DNA from: an uncultured Pelagibacteraceae bacterium
Lineage (GTDB): Bacteria; Pseudomonadota; Alphaproteobacteria; Pelagibacterales; Pelagibacteraceae
DNA: 64,000 bases
Assembly: GCA_902594705.1 (NCBI GenBank)
Contig: CACJNI010000006.1
Coordinates: 4,781 to 68,780, forward strand
Reading direction: 5' to 3'
Shown: in pieces, positions 1 through 9,767 of the stretch
Layout of the letters: every line of letters starts with the position of its first letter
Position numbering within the stretch: the first letter of the stretch is position 1
The notes under the pieces: generated by a model
Seen by the model: the letters and a program-made list of their open reading frames with translations, nothing else
What the model was told of the DNA's origin: nothing
The model's database searches: none
Made by a program: the position numbers and the translations under genes

Positions 1-762
1 AAAGCAAAGGAATTAATTGACTCTGATTTGATTGGACAAATCAAACTTGGAAATGCAATCTTTGCATTTCCTGGTGTTGAAAACTTTCATCCAAAACCAG
101 AGTCTTGGTATAAAAAAGAGGGAGGACCAGTAATAGATATGGGTCCTTATTTTTTTACAACGCTTGTTAATCTTTTAGGGCCAGCAAAACAGGTGCAAGG
201 AAGAACATTAACGGCGTTTAAAAGAAGAAATTATAGAGCGGGTCCGAATAAAGGAAAAACATTTAAGGTTGAAACACCAACTACTTATCTAGCAACAATT
301 CAATTTCATAATGAAGCAATTATTCAAGTCACTCTATCCTTTGATGTTATTAATCATCAAAGAAATCATATGGAACTTTATGGAACTAAAGGATCAATTA
401 TCGTTCCTGATCCGAATATGTTTGGTGGATCTGTTTATATTTCTGTTACAGAGGGTGGTCGTTGGGGTGAACATAAAACTGACAAAATGCACTTAGGAAA
501 AATAAATATTACATCTGCAAGTGGTAGATCTAATGAGTCACCTACAAATGCAAACTATAGAAGTGTTGGAATGTCTGAGATGTTATATTCAATCGAAAAA
601 AAGAAAAAACATCGATGTTCTGGAGAGCTATCTCTTCATGTTTTAGATATAATTGAGTCTACTATGAAAGCTGCAACAACTGGAGTACCTCAAAAAATAA
701 AAACTAAGTGTGAAAAGCCAAAAAGATTTACAGAAGAAGAAGTAAAAAAAATTCTCTTATAG
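1..762 (+). CDS. Gfo/Idh/MocA-family oxidoreductase, C-terminal part (5' end lies upstream of the window)
   Basis: Frame 1 is open from nt 1 into the listed ORF at 28. GGPVIDMGPYFFTTLVNLLGP resembles the G-G-x-(L/I)-x-D-x-G motif that opens the C-terminal domain of this family. First gene of a co-directional sugar-utilisation string. Confidence 0.65.
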   Translation, partial: KAKELIDSDLIGQIKLGNAIFAFPGVENFHPKPESWYKKEGGPVIDMGPYFFTTLVNLLGPAKQVQGRTLTAFKRRNYRAGPNKGKTFKVETPTTYLATIQFHNEAIIQVTLSFDVINHQRNHMELYGTKGSIIVPDPNMFGGSVYISVTEGGRWGEHKTDKMHLGKINITSASGRSNESPTNANYRSVGMSEMLYSIEKKKKHRCSGELSLHVLDIIESTMKAATTGVPQKIKTKCEKPKRFTEEEVKKILL

Positions 763-765
763 ATC

Positions 766-1785
766 ATGAAAGATATTGCAATTGTTGATCCGTATCCAAG
801 AACTATGGAGCTTATTTTTTCAAAACCAAAATTAAATGAATTAAAAAATAAATTTAAGCTTATTTTCGCACCAAAAACAAATAAACAAAAATTTTATATT
901 AATAATATTCATAAAGCGAAATTTATAATTGGACAGCCTGATCTTCCTAAATTTTTATTAATGAAAGCAAAAAAATTGAAAGCAGTAATAAATGTCGAAA
1001 GTAACTTTCTAGATAATATGGATTATAATTATTGCTTTGATAAAGGTATTCATGTTATTGCAACTTCACCCGTTTTCTCGAAACCAGTCGCAGAAATTGC
1101 GCTTGGATTTACACTCTCTCTTCTTAGAAATATTCATGGAGCAAATCAGGATTTCATTAATAAAAAGGAAAAGTATGGATTAGATGGAAATCTTAAGGCT
1201 TCATTGTTATCAGACAAAAAAATTGGATTATTGGGATTTGGAGACCTAGGGAAAGCTTTGGTTCCATTATTGAAACCATTTTCGAGTAAAATAAATATCT
1301 ATGATCCTTGGATACCAAACAAAAAAATTATTAATCAAGGATTTAAACCAATTACTTTAAAAAAAATGTTTAAAGAATGTGAAGTTATTTATGTGCTTGC
1401 TGCAATTACTACAAAAAACAAAGGACTGATTAATAAAAAATTTTTCAATCTTATGAAATCAAACTCACTTTTTATACTAATGAGTAGAGCTGCAGTTGTT
1501 AACTTTAAAGATTTAAAAAATAGGCTTAAAAAAGGTGACATTTATGCAGCGCTTGATGTTTTTCCGGAGGAACCAGTTAAAAAAAATGACCCAATAAGAA
1601 AATTAAAAAATGTTTTATTTTCTGCACATAGAGCGGGTGCTTTAGATGAGGCATTTAAAGAAATGGGCAATATTGTTTTTGAAGATATGAAATTAATTTC
1701 AAAAAATCTTAATCCAAGATTTTGTAAAAAAGCTCTAAGAAAAACTGTTCATCTTTTAAGGTCAAAACCTGTTGCAATTAATTAA
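766..1785 (+). CDS. D-isomer-specific 2-hydroxyacid dehydrogenase family protein (NAD-binding)
   Basis: Rossmann motif GLLGFGDLGKAL. C-terminal FSAHRAG catalytic-His region typical of the family. 339 aa. Confidence 0.75.
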   Translation: MKDIAIVDPYPRTMELIFSKPKLNELKNKFKLIFAPKTNKQKFYINNIHKAKFIIGQPDLPKFLLMKAKKLKAVINVESNFLDNMDYNYCFDKGIHVIATSPVFSKPVAEIALGFTLSLLRNIHGANQDFINKKEKYGLDGNLKASLLSDKKIGLLGFGDLGKALVPLLKPFSSKINIYDPWIPNKKIINQGFKPITLKKMFKECEVIYVLAAITTKNKGLINKKFFNLMKSNSLFILMSRAAVVNFKDLKNRLKKGDIYAALDVFPEEPVKKNDPIRKLKNVLFSAHRAGALDEAFKEMGNIVFEDMKLISKNLNPRFCKKALRKTVHLLRSKPVAIN

Positions 1786-1807
1786 TTTTTTTTTTAATTT
1801 AAATTAA

Positions 1808-2557
1808 ATGACTTCAACAAATAAATTGCTCTTAGAGGCTAAAGGTATCACAAAGTATTTTGGAACAATAACTGCTTTAGAAAATGTAAATTTAAAAGTG
1901 CACGAAGGTGAATGTTTAGGTGTAGTGGGAGATAATGGTGCAGGCAAATCTACACTAATGAAAGTTTTATCTGGTTTATACAAACCAAGTGCAGGTGCTT
2001 TATTTTTTGAGGGCAAAGAACATGTGTTAGATAGCCCAAAAGACTCTCAAAATTTAGGCTTAGAAATGGTTTATCAAGATCTTGCATTGGCAGGTAATTT
2101 ACCCATTGGAGAAAATATATTCTTAGGAAGAGAGCCTACAAAAAATATTGGCTTCTTAAAATTTCTAGATTTTAAAAAAATTCAAGAAATGACAAGCGCA
2201 CACTTAGAGAAACTAAAAATAAATGTTAAAAGTGCTGATCAGAAAGTAGAGGAATTATCTGGAGGACAAAGACAAGCAGTTGCAATAGCTAGGTCAACAG
2301 CATTTAATGCCAAAGTTGTTATAATGGATGAACCAACTGCTGCTTTAGCAATAAAAGAAGTTGGAAAAGTATTAGATTTAATTAATAAATTAAAAAGTAC
2401 TGGCGTAGGTGTTATAGTAATAAGCCATAGAATGGATGATATTTTTACTGTTTGCGACAGAGTAATGGCACTTTTTCAAGGAACAAACTTTGCTGAGTCT
2501 CAATTAGATAAAACTTCAAGAGATGAAGTCATTGGTTGGATTATGGGAAAAAAATAA
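1808..2557 (+). CDS. Sugar ABC transporter ATP-binding protein, single-NBD CUT2 type (FrcA-like)
   Basis: Walker A GDNGAGKST, ABC signature LSGGQRQ, Walker B VVIMDEPT, H-loop SHRM. 249 aa, so one NBD rather than the fused RbsA-type pair. Confidence 0.9.
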   Translation: MTSTNKLLLEAKGITKYFGTITALENVNLKVHEGECLGVVGDNGAGKSTLMKVLSGLYKPSAGALFFEGKEHVLDSPKDSQNLGLEMVYQDLALAGNLPIGENIFLGREPTKNIGFLKFLDFKKIQEMTSAHLEKLKINVKSADQKVEELSGGQRQAVAIARSTAFNAKVVIMDEPTAALAIKEVGKVLDLINKLKSTGVGVIVISHRMDDIFTVCDRVMALFQGTNFAESQLDKTSRDEVIGWIMGKK

Positions 2558-2559
2558 AT

Positions 2560-3573
2560 ATGGAAGATAAAGAAAAAAAACAAGATAGCTTATACGTAAA
2601 ACTTATTCCATATTTTGAAAAATATGGGATTTTACTATTATTAGTTATCATGATCTTGGTAATGCATATTTTGCAACCAGATGTCTTTTTGTCTTGGAGA
2701 AATGTAACAAACGTATTTAAACAAATATCTTGGCAATCAATGTTAGCTTTAGGAGTTTTCATGGTGATTGTGACCGCAGGTATAGATCTATCGGTTGGCT
2801 CAATAATGATGCTATCGTTGATGATTTTAGCAATAGTAGCTAAAGCTGGAGCTCCGTGGTTTATAGTTGTTCTAGTACCTTTATTTGCTGGATTTTTATG
2901 TGGGTTGATAAATGGTTTGGGGATAACACTTTTAAGAATGCCTCATCCTTTTATAATGACTTTAGGAACTCTTTATATTTTTAGAGGAACAGGAAACCTA
3001 ATATCAGGCGGAACACCTATAAGTGGATTTACCGATGAAGTTAGGTACTTGGGTCATGGTAGAATAGATCTAACCTGGTTAGGATTAGAGAAATCTCAAT
3101 ATCTCCCCGTAAGCTTAGTTTTAATCGCTGTTGTATATTTTGTTTTTTGGGTTTTCTTGAATCATAGTCGAACAGGAAAGTGGATTTATGCAATTGGTGG
3201 CAACCCAAGCGCAGCAAGAGCTTCAGGGATTAATGTTAATAAAATTTTAATAATTGTTTATTCACTTTGTGGATTTTTATCAGGTATTGGAGCATTAATT
3301 TTAGCAGGAAGAACAGACTCTGGTTATCCTAATGCAGGATTACAATCTGAATTGGATGCTATCGCAGCATGTATAATTGGTGGAGCTAGTTTCTTTGGTG
3401 GTAGAGGAACTGTTCTTGGAGTTTTTGCCGGAGTAATGATTATGGGAATTTTAAGAAATGGACTTAATTTGATGGATGTAAGTTCTTTCTGGCAACAAGT
3501 ATTGATTGGCTCAATCATCGTATTAGCGGTTTACGTGGATGTTTTAAGAAGAGATTTTGGCACGAGAAAATAA
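2560..3573 (+). CDS. Sugar ABC transporter permease (RbsC/FrcC-type, BPD_transp_2)
   Basis: Multi-TM protein with TAGIDLSVGS and GGNPSAARASGINV motifs typical of ribose/xylose-type permeases. I chose the ATG at 2560 (MEDKEKK), just after the upstream stop, rather than the track start at 2536. Confidence 0.85.
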   Translation: MEDKEKKQDSLYVKLIPYFEKYGILLLLVIMILVMHILQPDVFLSWRNVTNVFKQISWQSMLALGVFMVIVTAGIDLSVGSIMMLSLMILAIVAKAGAPWFIVVLVPLFAGFLCGLINGLGITLLRMPHPFIMTLGTLYIFRGTGNLISGGTPISGFTDEVRYLGHGRIDLTWLGLEKSQYLPVSLVLIAVVYFVFWVFLNHSRTGKWIYAIGGNPSAARASGINVNKILIIVYSLCGFLSGIGALILAGRTDSGYPNAGLQSELDAIAACIIGGASFFGGRGTVLGVFAGVMIMGILRNGLNLMDVSSFWQQVLIGSIIVLAVYVDVLRRDFGTRK

Positions 3574-3680
3574 ACACGTCAAAGTTGAATAGATGCTGTC
3601 ATAAGAGACCCTGTAAACAGTTGAATTTTTTTTAAAAATTTTATTAAATTAAACTTTAATAATTATTAAAGGGGAAATTT

Positions 3681-4613
3681 ATGAGAGAACTATCAAGAAA
3701 AATTGTTGTTTTAGTATCAGCAATTTTTTTATCGATAAGCATGATTTCAGCTTCTTTTGCTGATGGTCATGGTAAAAAAATCTTGTTCAGTATTAAAGGT
3801 CCTGGGTCTGGAAATCCTTTCTGGGCTTCTGTTACAAAAGGTGCTGAAGAAGAAGCTAAAAAATTAGGTGTTAAGTTAATCTTGGTTGCGCCACCTCAAG
3901 AAGGTGATGTTCAAGCACAAATTAACCAAGTGGAAGACCAACTTGCTAAAGGTGTTGATGCTTTAGCTCTTGCACCAGGAGATCCAAATGCATTTGCTCC
4001 AATTGTAGATGACGCTATCAAAAGTGGTGTTCCAGTTGTATTCGTAGATACAAAAGGGATCAATGAAGGTGTTACTTTTATTGGAACCAACAATATGAAC
4101 GGAGCAGAATTAGCTGCTAAATTCATTTGTGACAAAACTCCAAAAGGTTCAGATGTTGCAATTTTGACTGGAATAGAGTCTCAATCAACAGCTCTACTAA
4201 GAAGAGATGGTGCAATTAAAGGATTTAAAAATTGCGGTTTAAATATAGTTGCTACTCAAACAGCTGAGTGGGATACTGCGAAAGGTAGATCAGTTACTGA
4301 GTCTATTATTTTGAAAAATCCTAACATTAAAGCAATATTTGCTTCAAATGACAATATGGGCTTAGGTGCTATGCAAGCTCTTAAAGATGCAGATATGAAT
4401 GATGTTGTTGTTGTAGGTTTTGATGCAACTCCAGATGCTGCTACAAGTATCTTAAAAGGTGAAATGACCGCAACTATTGCTCAGTTCTCATATAACATGG
4501 GTGCTTATGGTGTTAAATATGCACTTGAGCTAGCTAATGGTGGAAGTATTGATCCAAACATTGATACTGGAACACAACTAGTAACAAAAGAAAACGCTAA
4601 CGATTTTAAATAA
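3681..4613 (+). CDS. Periplasmic monosaccharide-binding protein (RbsB/FrcB-like)
   Basis: Signal peptide (LVSAIFLSISMISASFA). Alternating beta-alpha pattern and NDNMGLGA / VVGFD motifs of the Peripla_BP_4 type. SD-like AAAGGGGA upstream. Followed by a strong terminator. Confidence 0.85.
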   Translation: MRELSRKIVVLVSAIFLSISMISASFADGHGKKILFSIKGPGSGNPFWASVTKGAEEEAKKLGVKLILVAPPQEGDVQAQINQVEDQLAKGVDALALAPGDPNAFAPIVDDAIKSGVPVVFVDTKGINEGVTFIGTNNMNGAELAAKFICDKTPKGSDVAILTGIESQSTALLRRDGAIKGFKNCGLNIVATQTAEWDTAKGRSVTESIILKNPNIKAIFASNDNMGLGAMQALKDADMNDVVVVGFDATPDAATSILKGEMTATIAQFSYNMGAYGVKYALELANGGSIDPNIDTGTQLVTKENANDFK

Positions 4614-4638
4614 TCATTAGTATATAATATTTAAAAAA

Positions 4639-4669
4639 GGGTGGAATTTTTATTCCACCCTTTTTTTTT
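4639..4669 (+). terminator. Rho-independent terminator after the sugar-binding-protein gene
   Basis: Perfect 9-bp stem GGGTGGAAT / ATTCCACCC, 4-nt loop TTTT, then a run of 9 T. Confidence 0.85.
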
Positions 4670-4687
4670 ATGTAATATAATCTTTTA

Positions 4688-5149
4688 ATGTTAATAAATA
4701 TTAATCCTGTTTTAAGCCCTGATTTACTTTTTAATTTAAGATCCATGGGTCATGGTGAGAAAATTATTCTTGCTGATGCTAATTTTCCTGCAAACTCTAT
4801 GAACAAAAATGTAGTTCGATTAGATGGGGTAGATATTAAAAGTGCAGCAAATGCAATTTTATCTGTTTTTCCATTAGATAGTTTTGTTGTATCTCAAGGT
4901 GGCTCTCCTGCACTTAGAATGGAAGTAGATGACAAACCAGAGGAACTAACTGAAACTCATAAAGAATTTATTGATGCAGTAAAAAATAATTCTGGTCCCC
5001 AATGGAAAGTTGGATCAATTTCAAGACAAAATTTTTATGAAGAAGCAAAAAAAGCGTATTGTATTGTAACCACTACAGATGCTCGACCTTTTGGATGTTT
5101 TATTATTACTAAAGGAGTTATTCTTCCTGACGGTAAAGTCTGGTCTTAA
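4688..5149 (+). CDS. RbsD/FucU-family sugar mutarotase/pyranase (FucU-like)
   Basis: N-terminus LSPDLLFNLRSMGHGEKIILADANFP matches the H-G-(D/E)-x-I-x-x-x-D-A-x-F-P active-site motif of FucU/RbsD. 153 aa. Confidence 0.85.
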   Translation: MLININPVLSPDLLFNLRSMGHGEKIILADANFPANSMNKNVVRLDGVDIKSAANAILSVFPLDSFVVSQGGSPALRMEVDDKPEELTETHKEFIDAVKNNSGPQWKVGSISRQNFYEEAKKAYCIVTTTDARPFGCFIITKGVILPDGKVWS

Positions 5150-5153
5150 TTAA

Positions 5154-6068
5154 ATGAAATCTATATGTGTATTTGGAGTATTTGTTGCAGACTTATGTTT
5201 TATTGGTGAAAAAATTCCTGAAGTGGGGCAAACTATTTTAGGAACAAAACACTTAATAGGGCCTGGTGGAAAAGGATCTAACCAAGCCATTGCTGCAGCA
5301 AGACTTGGCGGAAACATAAGTTTTATTACAAAAATAGGTGATGATAATAATGCTGAAATGGCACTAAATTTATATAAATCCTCTGGAGTAAATACCGATT
5401 ATATTATCAAAGATAAAAATCAATCAACTGGCGTTGCTGGTATTATGATTAATGCTAATACAGGTGATAATGCAATAAACATCATACCAGGCGCTGCTGG
5501 CACTTTAAATAGTTCTGATATAGATAATAATTTAAAAGCAATCGAGAAGTCAGATATATTCTTAACACAATTAGAAACACCATATGATGTTACAAGCTAT
5601 GCTTTACAAAAAGCAAAAGATACTGGATCAATCACTATTTTAAATCCAGCTCCGGCTTCAAAAATATCTGAGAATGACTTTAAAAATATAGACTATTTTA
5701 CACCAAATGAAACTGAGGCTAGTTTTTATTTAGAAAAGAAAATAGAAACAAAATCTGAAATAGAAAATGCAGCTAAAGAATTTTTAAAAAAAGGAGTAAA
5801 AAATATTCTAATAACTCTAGGTTCTAAAGGAGTTTATTTTTCAAATGGAACCGAAAGCCACTTTGTAGATGCTCACAAAATAAAAGACGATGTAAAAGAT
5901 ACTACTGGAGCAGGAGATGCATTTAATGGAGCTTTTAGTGTAGCATTAGCTAAATCGTTAAAAATTGCTGATGCATTAGAATTTTCTAATAAAGTTGCTG
6001 GTATTTCTACAACTAAAGAAGGGGCTGCAAATTCAATGCCAACATATGAAGAGGTCGAGGTTTACTAA
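5154..6068 (+). CDS. rbsK: Ribokinase (PfkB family)
   Basis: GPGGKGSNQAIAAARLG N-terminal motif and DTTGAGDAFNGAF C-terminal PfkB signature. Sits next to the RbsD/FucU gene and a ribose-type ABC system. Confidence 0.85.
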   Translation: MKSICVFGVFVADLCFIGEKIPEVGQTILGTKHLIGPGGKGSNQAIAAARLGGNISFITKIGDDNNAEMALNLYKSSGVNTDYIIKDKNQSTGVAGIMINANTGDNAINIIPGAAGTLNSSDIDNNLKAIEKSDIFLTQLETPYDVTSYALQKAKDTGSITILNPAPASKISENDFKNIDYFTPNETEASFYLEKKIETKSEIENAAKEFLKKGVKNILITLGSKGVYFSNGTESHFVDAHKIKDDVKDTTGAGDAFNGAFSVALAKSLKIADALEFSNKVAGISTTKEGAANSMPTYEEVEVY

Positions 6069-6070
6069 AT

Positions 6071-7099
6071 ATGAAATATAATGCTGATAATAAAAGATAT
6101 TCAGAGATGTTATACAGAACCTGCGGTGACAGTGGAGTTAAATTACCACTAATAAGCCTCGGGCTTTGGCATAACTTTGGAGGCAAAGTTCCACTTTCTA
6201 ATATTAAAAAAATATTATTTTATGCTTTTGATAAAGGCATTACTCATTTTGATTTGGCAAATAATTATGGCCCACCTTACGGTAGCACAGAAAGTAATTT
6301 TGGAAAAATAATAAGCAAAGATTTAAAAAAATACAGAGATGAACTGATTATATCATCAAAAGCTGGTTATGATATGTGGGAAGGACCTTATGGAGAATGG
6401 GGTTCAAAAAAACATATTATCGCAAGTTGTGATCAAAGTTTAAAAAGAATGAAAATTGATTACTTTGATATATTTTATTCACATAGATTTGATCCAAAAA
6501 CACCTTTAGAAGAAACAGCAGATGCATTAGAGAGTATTTATAAATCAGGAAAAGCTTTATATGTCGGTATATCATCTTATTCTTCCAAAAAGACGAACCA
6601 AATTTACAAAATTCTAAAATCAAGAAATATTAAATTATTTATTCATCAACCTTCATATTCTTTAATTAATAGATGGATTGAAAAAGATTTAACTAAAACT
6701 ATAAAAAAACTTAAAATTGGATGTATTGCCTTTTCGCCTCTTGCTCAAGGAATGCTATCAGATAAATATTTAAAAAAGATACCTAAAGTTTCAAGAGCGA
6801 GTGATGCTACATCGTATTTAGATAAATCTTTAATAACAAAAAAAAACTTAAAGATAGTTTCAGATTTAAATAAGATTGCAAATAAAAGAGGTCAATCTTT
6901 ATCTCAAATGGCAATCTCTTGGGTTCTATCAAATAATTATGTAACATCCGCTCTAATAGGAGTAAGAAATATTAATCAATTAAAAGAAAATTTAGAAAGT
7001 CTAAACAAACTTAAATTTACAACTTCTGAAATGAAAATAATTAATAAAACTGCAAAAGATGGTAATATTAACATCTGGAAGCAATCAAGTTCATATTAA
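6071..7099 (+). CDS. Aldo/keto reductase (Tas/YghZ-like)
   Basis: GLWHNFG, FDLANNYGPPYGS(T)E, IISSKAG and HRFDP motifs of the AKR superfamily. 342 aa. Confidence 0.85.
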   Translation: MKYNADNKRYSEMLYRTCGDSGVKLPLISLGLWHNFGGKVPLSNIKKILFYAFDKGITHFDLANNYGPPYGSTESNFGKIISKDLKKYRDELIISSKAGYDMWEGPYGEWGSKKHIIASCDQSLKRMKIDYFDIFYSHRFDPKTPLEETADALESIYKSGKALYVGISSYSSKKTNQIYKILKSRNIKLFIHQPSYSLINRWIEKDLTKTIKKLKIGCIAFSPLAQGMLSDKYLKKIPKVSRASDATSYLDKSLITKKNLKIVSDLNKIANKRGQSLSQMAISWVLSNNYVTSALIGVRNINQLKENLESLNKLKFTTSEMKIINKTAKDGNINIWKQSSSY

Positions 7100-7100
7100 A

Positions 7101-8006
7101 ATGCATATTGGTATTGATTTAGGTGGAACCAAAACAGAGTCAATAATTATTGATAAAAATGGAAAAGAGCTCGAGAGAATTAGGAGAACAACACCAAAAA
7201 ATTATAATGGAACTTTAGATACAGTATGTGAGCTTGTAAATTATTTAGAAGATAAATACAAAAAAAGTTGCAGTGTTGGTGTTGGCTCACCTGGAGCTTT
7301 ATCTAAAGAAACAAATTGTATAAAGGGTGGAAATTCAACCTGGTTAAATGACAGACCTTTAAAAAAAGATATTGAGCTTAGGTTAAATAGAAAAATATTT
7401 CTTGAAAATGATGCTAATTGCTTTGCTTTATCTGAATCAATTGATGGAGCTGGTCTTAATCATGAAATAGTATTTGGAGTTATAATTGGAACAGGTGTTG
7501 GCGGAGGATTAATTATTAATAATAAAATTGTCAATGGATTTAATAACATAACTGGGGAATGGGGACATAATCAAATGCCAATAGGAACAAATGATAAGTG
7601 GAAAAGGCACGATTGTTATTGTGGTAAAAAAGGATGCATTGAAACATTTCTATCTGGTCCAGGGTTTTCAAAACATTTTTATGACATTCATAAAATAGAT
7701 TTAGATGCTAAAATAATTCAAGAAAATGCAAACAAAGGAGATGAAAAATCTTTAGAATTTGTATTTCAATACTTAGATTACTTAGCACGAGGCTTATCCA
7801 CTGTAATTAATATTGTTGATCCTGGTGCAATTGTTATGGGTGGAGGTGTTTCCAATATGAAGCAGATTTATGGAAATATAAATTCAAAATTAAAAAAATA
7901 CGTATTTAGTGACACTGTAAATACTAAAGTTATGAAAAATATTCATGGTGATTCTAGTGGCGTAAGAGGAGCTGCAGATTTAGGAAGATCTAACGATACA
8001 ATATAA
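7101..8006 (+). CDS. ROK-family sugar kinase (fructokinase / N-acetylglucosamine-kinase-like)
   Basis: GIDLGGTK ATP motif and the ROK zinc motif GEWGHN...CYCGKKGCIETFLSG. Start taken at the ATG at 7101 (MHIGIDLGG), 1 nt after the upstream stop, not the track start at 7059. Confidence 0.8.
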   Translation: MHIGIDLGGTKTESIIIDKNGKELERIRRTTPKNYNGTLDTVCELVNYLEDKYKKSCSVGVGSPGALSKETNCIKGGNSTWLNDRPLKKDIELRLNRKIFLENDANCFALSESIDGAGLNHEIVFGVIIGTGVGGGLIINNKIVNGFNNITGEWGHNQMPIGTNDKWKRHDCYCGKKGCIETFLSGPGFSKHFYDIHKIDLDAKIIQENANKGDEKSLEFVFQYLDYLARGLSTVINIVDPGAIVMGGGVSNMKQIYGNINSKLKKYVFSDTVNTKVMKNIHGDSSGVRGAADLGRSNDTI

Positions 8007-8015
8007 ATTTAAATA

Positions 8016-8876
8016 ATGAAAAAATATAAAATCGGTTTTATTGGAATAGGTTTAATGGGATTTCCAATGGCTAAAAATCTTCTAAAATCAAAATATGAAA
8101 TTAAAGTTTTTAATAGAACTAAAAATAAAGCCATTAGACTAAAAAAATTTGGTGCGAAAGTATGTAATTCTCTAAAGGAAGTTGTTAAGGACCAGGATCT
8201 AATAATTACCATGTTGTCTGATGATAAGGCTATAAAAAAAATATATTTTAATTCAGAATTTTTAAAAAATTTAAAAAAAGGATCTACAGTCATTGATATG
8301 AGTTCTGCAAACCCTAGAACAGCAATTAATTTATCAAAATTATTAAAAAAATATAAAATTAATTTTTTAGACGCACCAGTTTCCGGAGGCACCAATGGCG
8401 CAGAGAATGCAGAGCTCGCCATAATGGTTGGTGGAGATAAGAAAGTTTTTTCTAAAAATTTAAATGTACTTAAGAAATTAGGCAATCCTGTTTTAGTTGG
8501 AAAAAATTCCGCAGGTCAAATAGCAAAATTAGCTAATCAAATAATAGTTGGAATTACAATAGGATCTGTTTCAGAAGCAATTAAACTATCACAAAAAAAT
8601 AACGTAAATCCAATTAATATTCTCAAAGCATTGAAAGGAGGATGGGCTGACAGTAAAGTATTGCAAACTCACGGACTAAGAATGATCAAAAATGATTTTA
8701 AACCAAGAGGAAAAAATTTTTCGCAATTAAAAGATATGAACAACATTCTAGATTGTGCGAAAAATAAAAAGTTAGAATTACCTTTGTCTAAAATAGTAAA
8801 AAAAATGTATAATAATCTCGTTAAAAAGGGATTGGGTGATTATGATCATAGTTCTTTATACAAAAGTTATAAATAA
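8016..8876 (+). CDS. NAD(P)-dependent beta-hydroxyacid dehydrogenase (3-hydroxyisobutyrate / tartronate-semialdehyde reductase family)
   Basis: N-terminal IGFIGIGLMGFPMAKNL Rossmann motif and DAPVSGG motif. 286 aa. Confidence 0.8.
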   Translation: MKKYKIGFIGIGLMGFPMAKNLLKSKYEIKVFNRTKNKAIRLKKFGAKVCNSLKEVVKDQDLIITMLSDDKAIKKIYFNSEFLKNLKKGSTVIDMSSANPRTAINLSKLLKKYKINFLDAPVSGGTNGAENAELAIMVGGDKKVFSKNLNVLKKLGNPVLVGKNSAGQIAKLANQIIVGITIGSVSEAIKLSQKNNVNPINILKALKGGWADSKVLQTHGLRMIKNDFKPRGKNFSQLKDMNNILDCAKNKKLELPLSKIVKKMYNNLVKKGLGDYDHSSLYKSYK

Positions 8877-8890
8877 TTCTTGGAGATGAA

Positions 8891-9733
8891 ATGAAATTAC
8901 TAAGAGTGGGAGAAAAAAATCAAGAAAAGCCAGCTATATTAGATAAAGATGGAAAGTTTAGAGATATATCCAAACATATAAATGATTTAGATCCAACTCA
9001 TTTAAATTTTGAAACATTTGAAAAAATTAAACAAATTGATTTATCATCACAGCCTGAGATTTCAAATAATACAAGGATTGGTTCATGCATAACTAAACCA
9101 GGAAAATTTATTGCAATTGGATTAAATTTTTCTGACCATGCAGCAGAAACTGGAGCAAAACCACCAACAGAACCAATTGTATTTATGAAAGCCACTAGTT
9201 CAATCAATGGACCAAATGATGATATTGAAATTGCAAGCTATTCAAACAAACTAGATTGGGAAGTTGAGCTAGGTTTAGTTATTGGAAAAAATGCTAAAAA
9301 TATTCAAGAGAAAAATTCACAAGATTATATCTTAGGCTATTGTTTAGTGAATGATGTAAGTGAGAGGGAGTGGCAAATAGAAAAAATGGGACAGTGGGTA
9401 AAAGGAAAGTCTCACGATACATTTGGTCCTGTTGGTCCATATCTTGTGACCAAAGATGAGATTAATGATGTAAACAACCTAAATATGGAATTAGATTTAA
9501 ATGGTGAACGAATGCAAACGGGTAATACAAAAACAATGATTTTTAATGTAGATCATATTGTTTCATATGTTAGCAGATATATGTCTCTTCAACCTGGAGA
9601 TATCATTACCACAGGAACACCCCCAGGGGTTGGAATGGGAATGAAGCCACAAAAATTTTTAAAAGCAGGTGATGAAATGAGGCTTTCAATTGAACTTCTT
9701 GGTGAACAAAAATCAAAAGTAGTAGCAATTTAA
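8891..9733 (+). CDS. Fumarylacetoacetate hydrolase (FAH) family protein
   Basis: C-terminal FAH-domain pattern: DWEVELGLVIG, ND(V)SERE, K(G)KSxDTF, L(Q)PGDII(T)TGTP(P)GVG. Confidence 0.8.
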   Translation: MKLLRVGEKNQEKPAILDKDGKFRDISKHINDLDPTHLNFETFEKIKQIDLSSQPEISNNTRIGSCITKPGKFIAIGLNFSDHAAETGAKPPTEPIVFMKATSSINGPNDDIEIASYSNKLDWEVELGLVIGKNAKNIQEKNSQDYILGYCLVNDVSEREWQIEKMGQWVKGKSHDTFGPVGPYLVTKDEINDVNNLNMELDLNGERMQTGNTKTMIFNVDHIVSYVSRYMSLQPGDIITTGTPPGVGMGMKPQKFLKAGDEMRLSIELLGEQKSKVVAI

Positions 9734-9767
9734 TCCAAATATAATCTCTTTTTTGATATAAGAAATT

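Noticed and set aside
3574-3680. A possible riboswitch or structured leader in the 107-bp spacer before the sugar-binding-protein gene.
   Set aside because: I see only a repeated AGTTGAAT octamer and weak A/T-rich stems. Nothing resembles a riboswitch class I know. It is more simply explained as an internal promoter region.
8009-8485. 158-aa ORF antisense to the beta-hydroxyacid dehydrogenase gene. Unusually long for an AT-rich genome.
   Set aside because: It is nested entirely within a sense ORF that has clear family motifs (Rossmann GIGLMG, DAPVSGG). Its product is low-complexity and hydrophobic (F/L/I/K-rich), with no recognisable motif, SD or own spacer. This is typical of a shadow ORF in the codon-phase-matched antisense frame.
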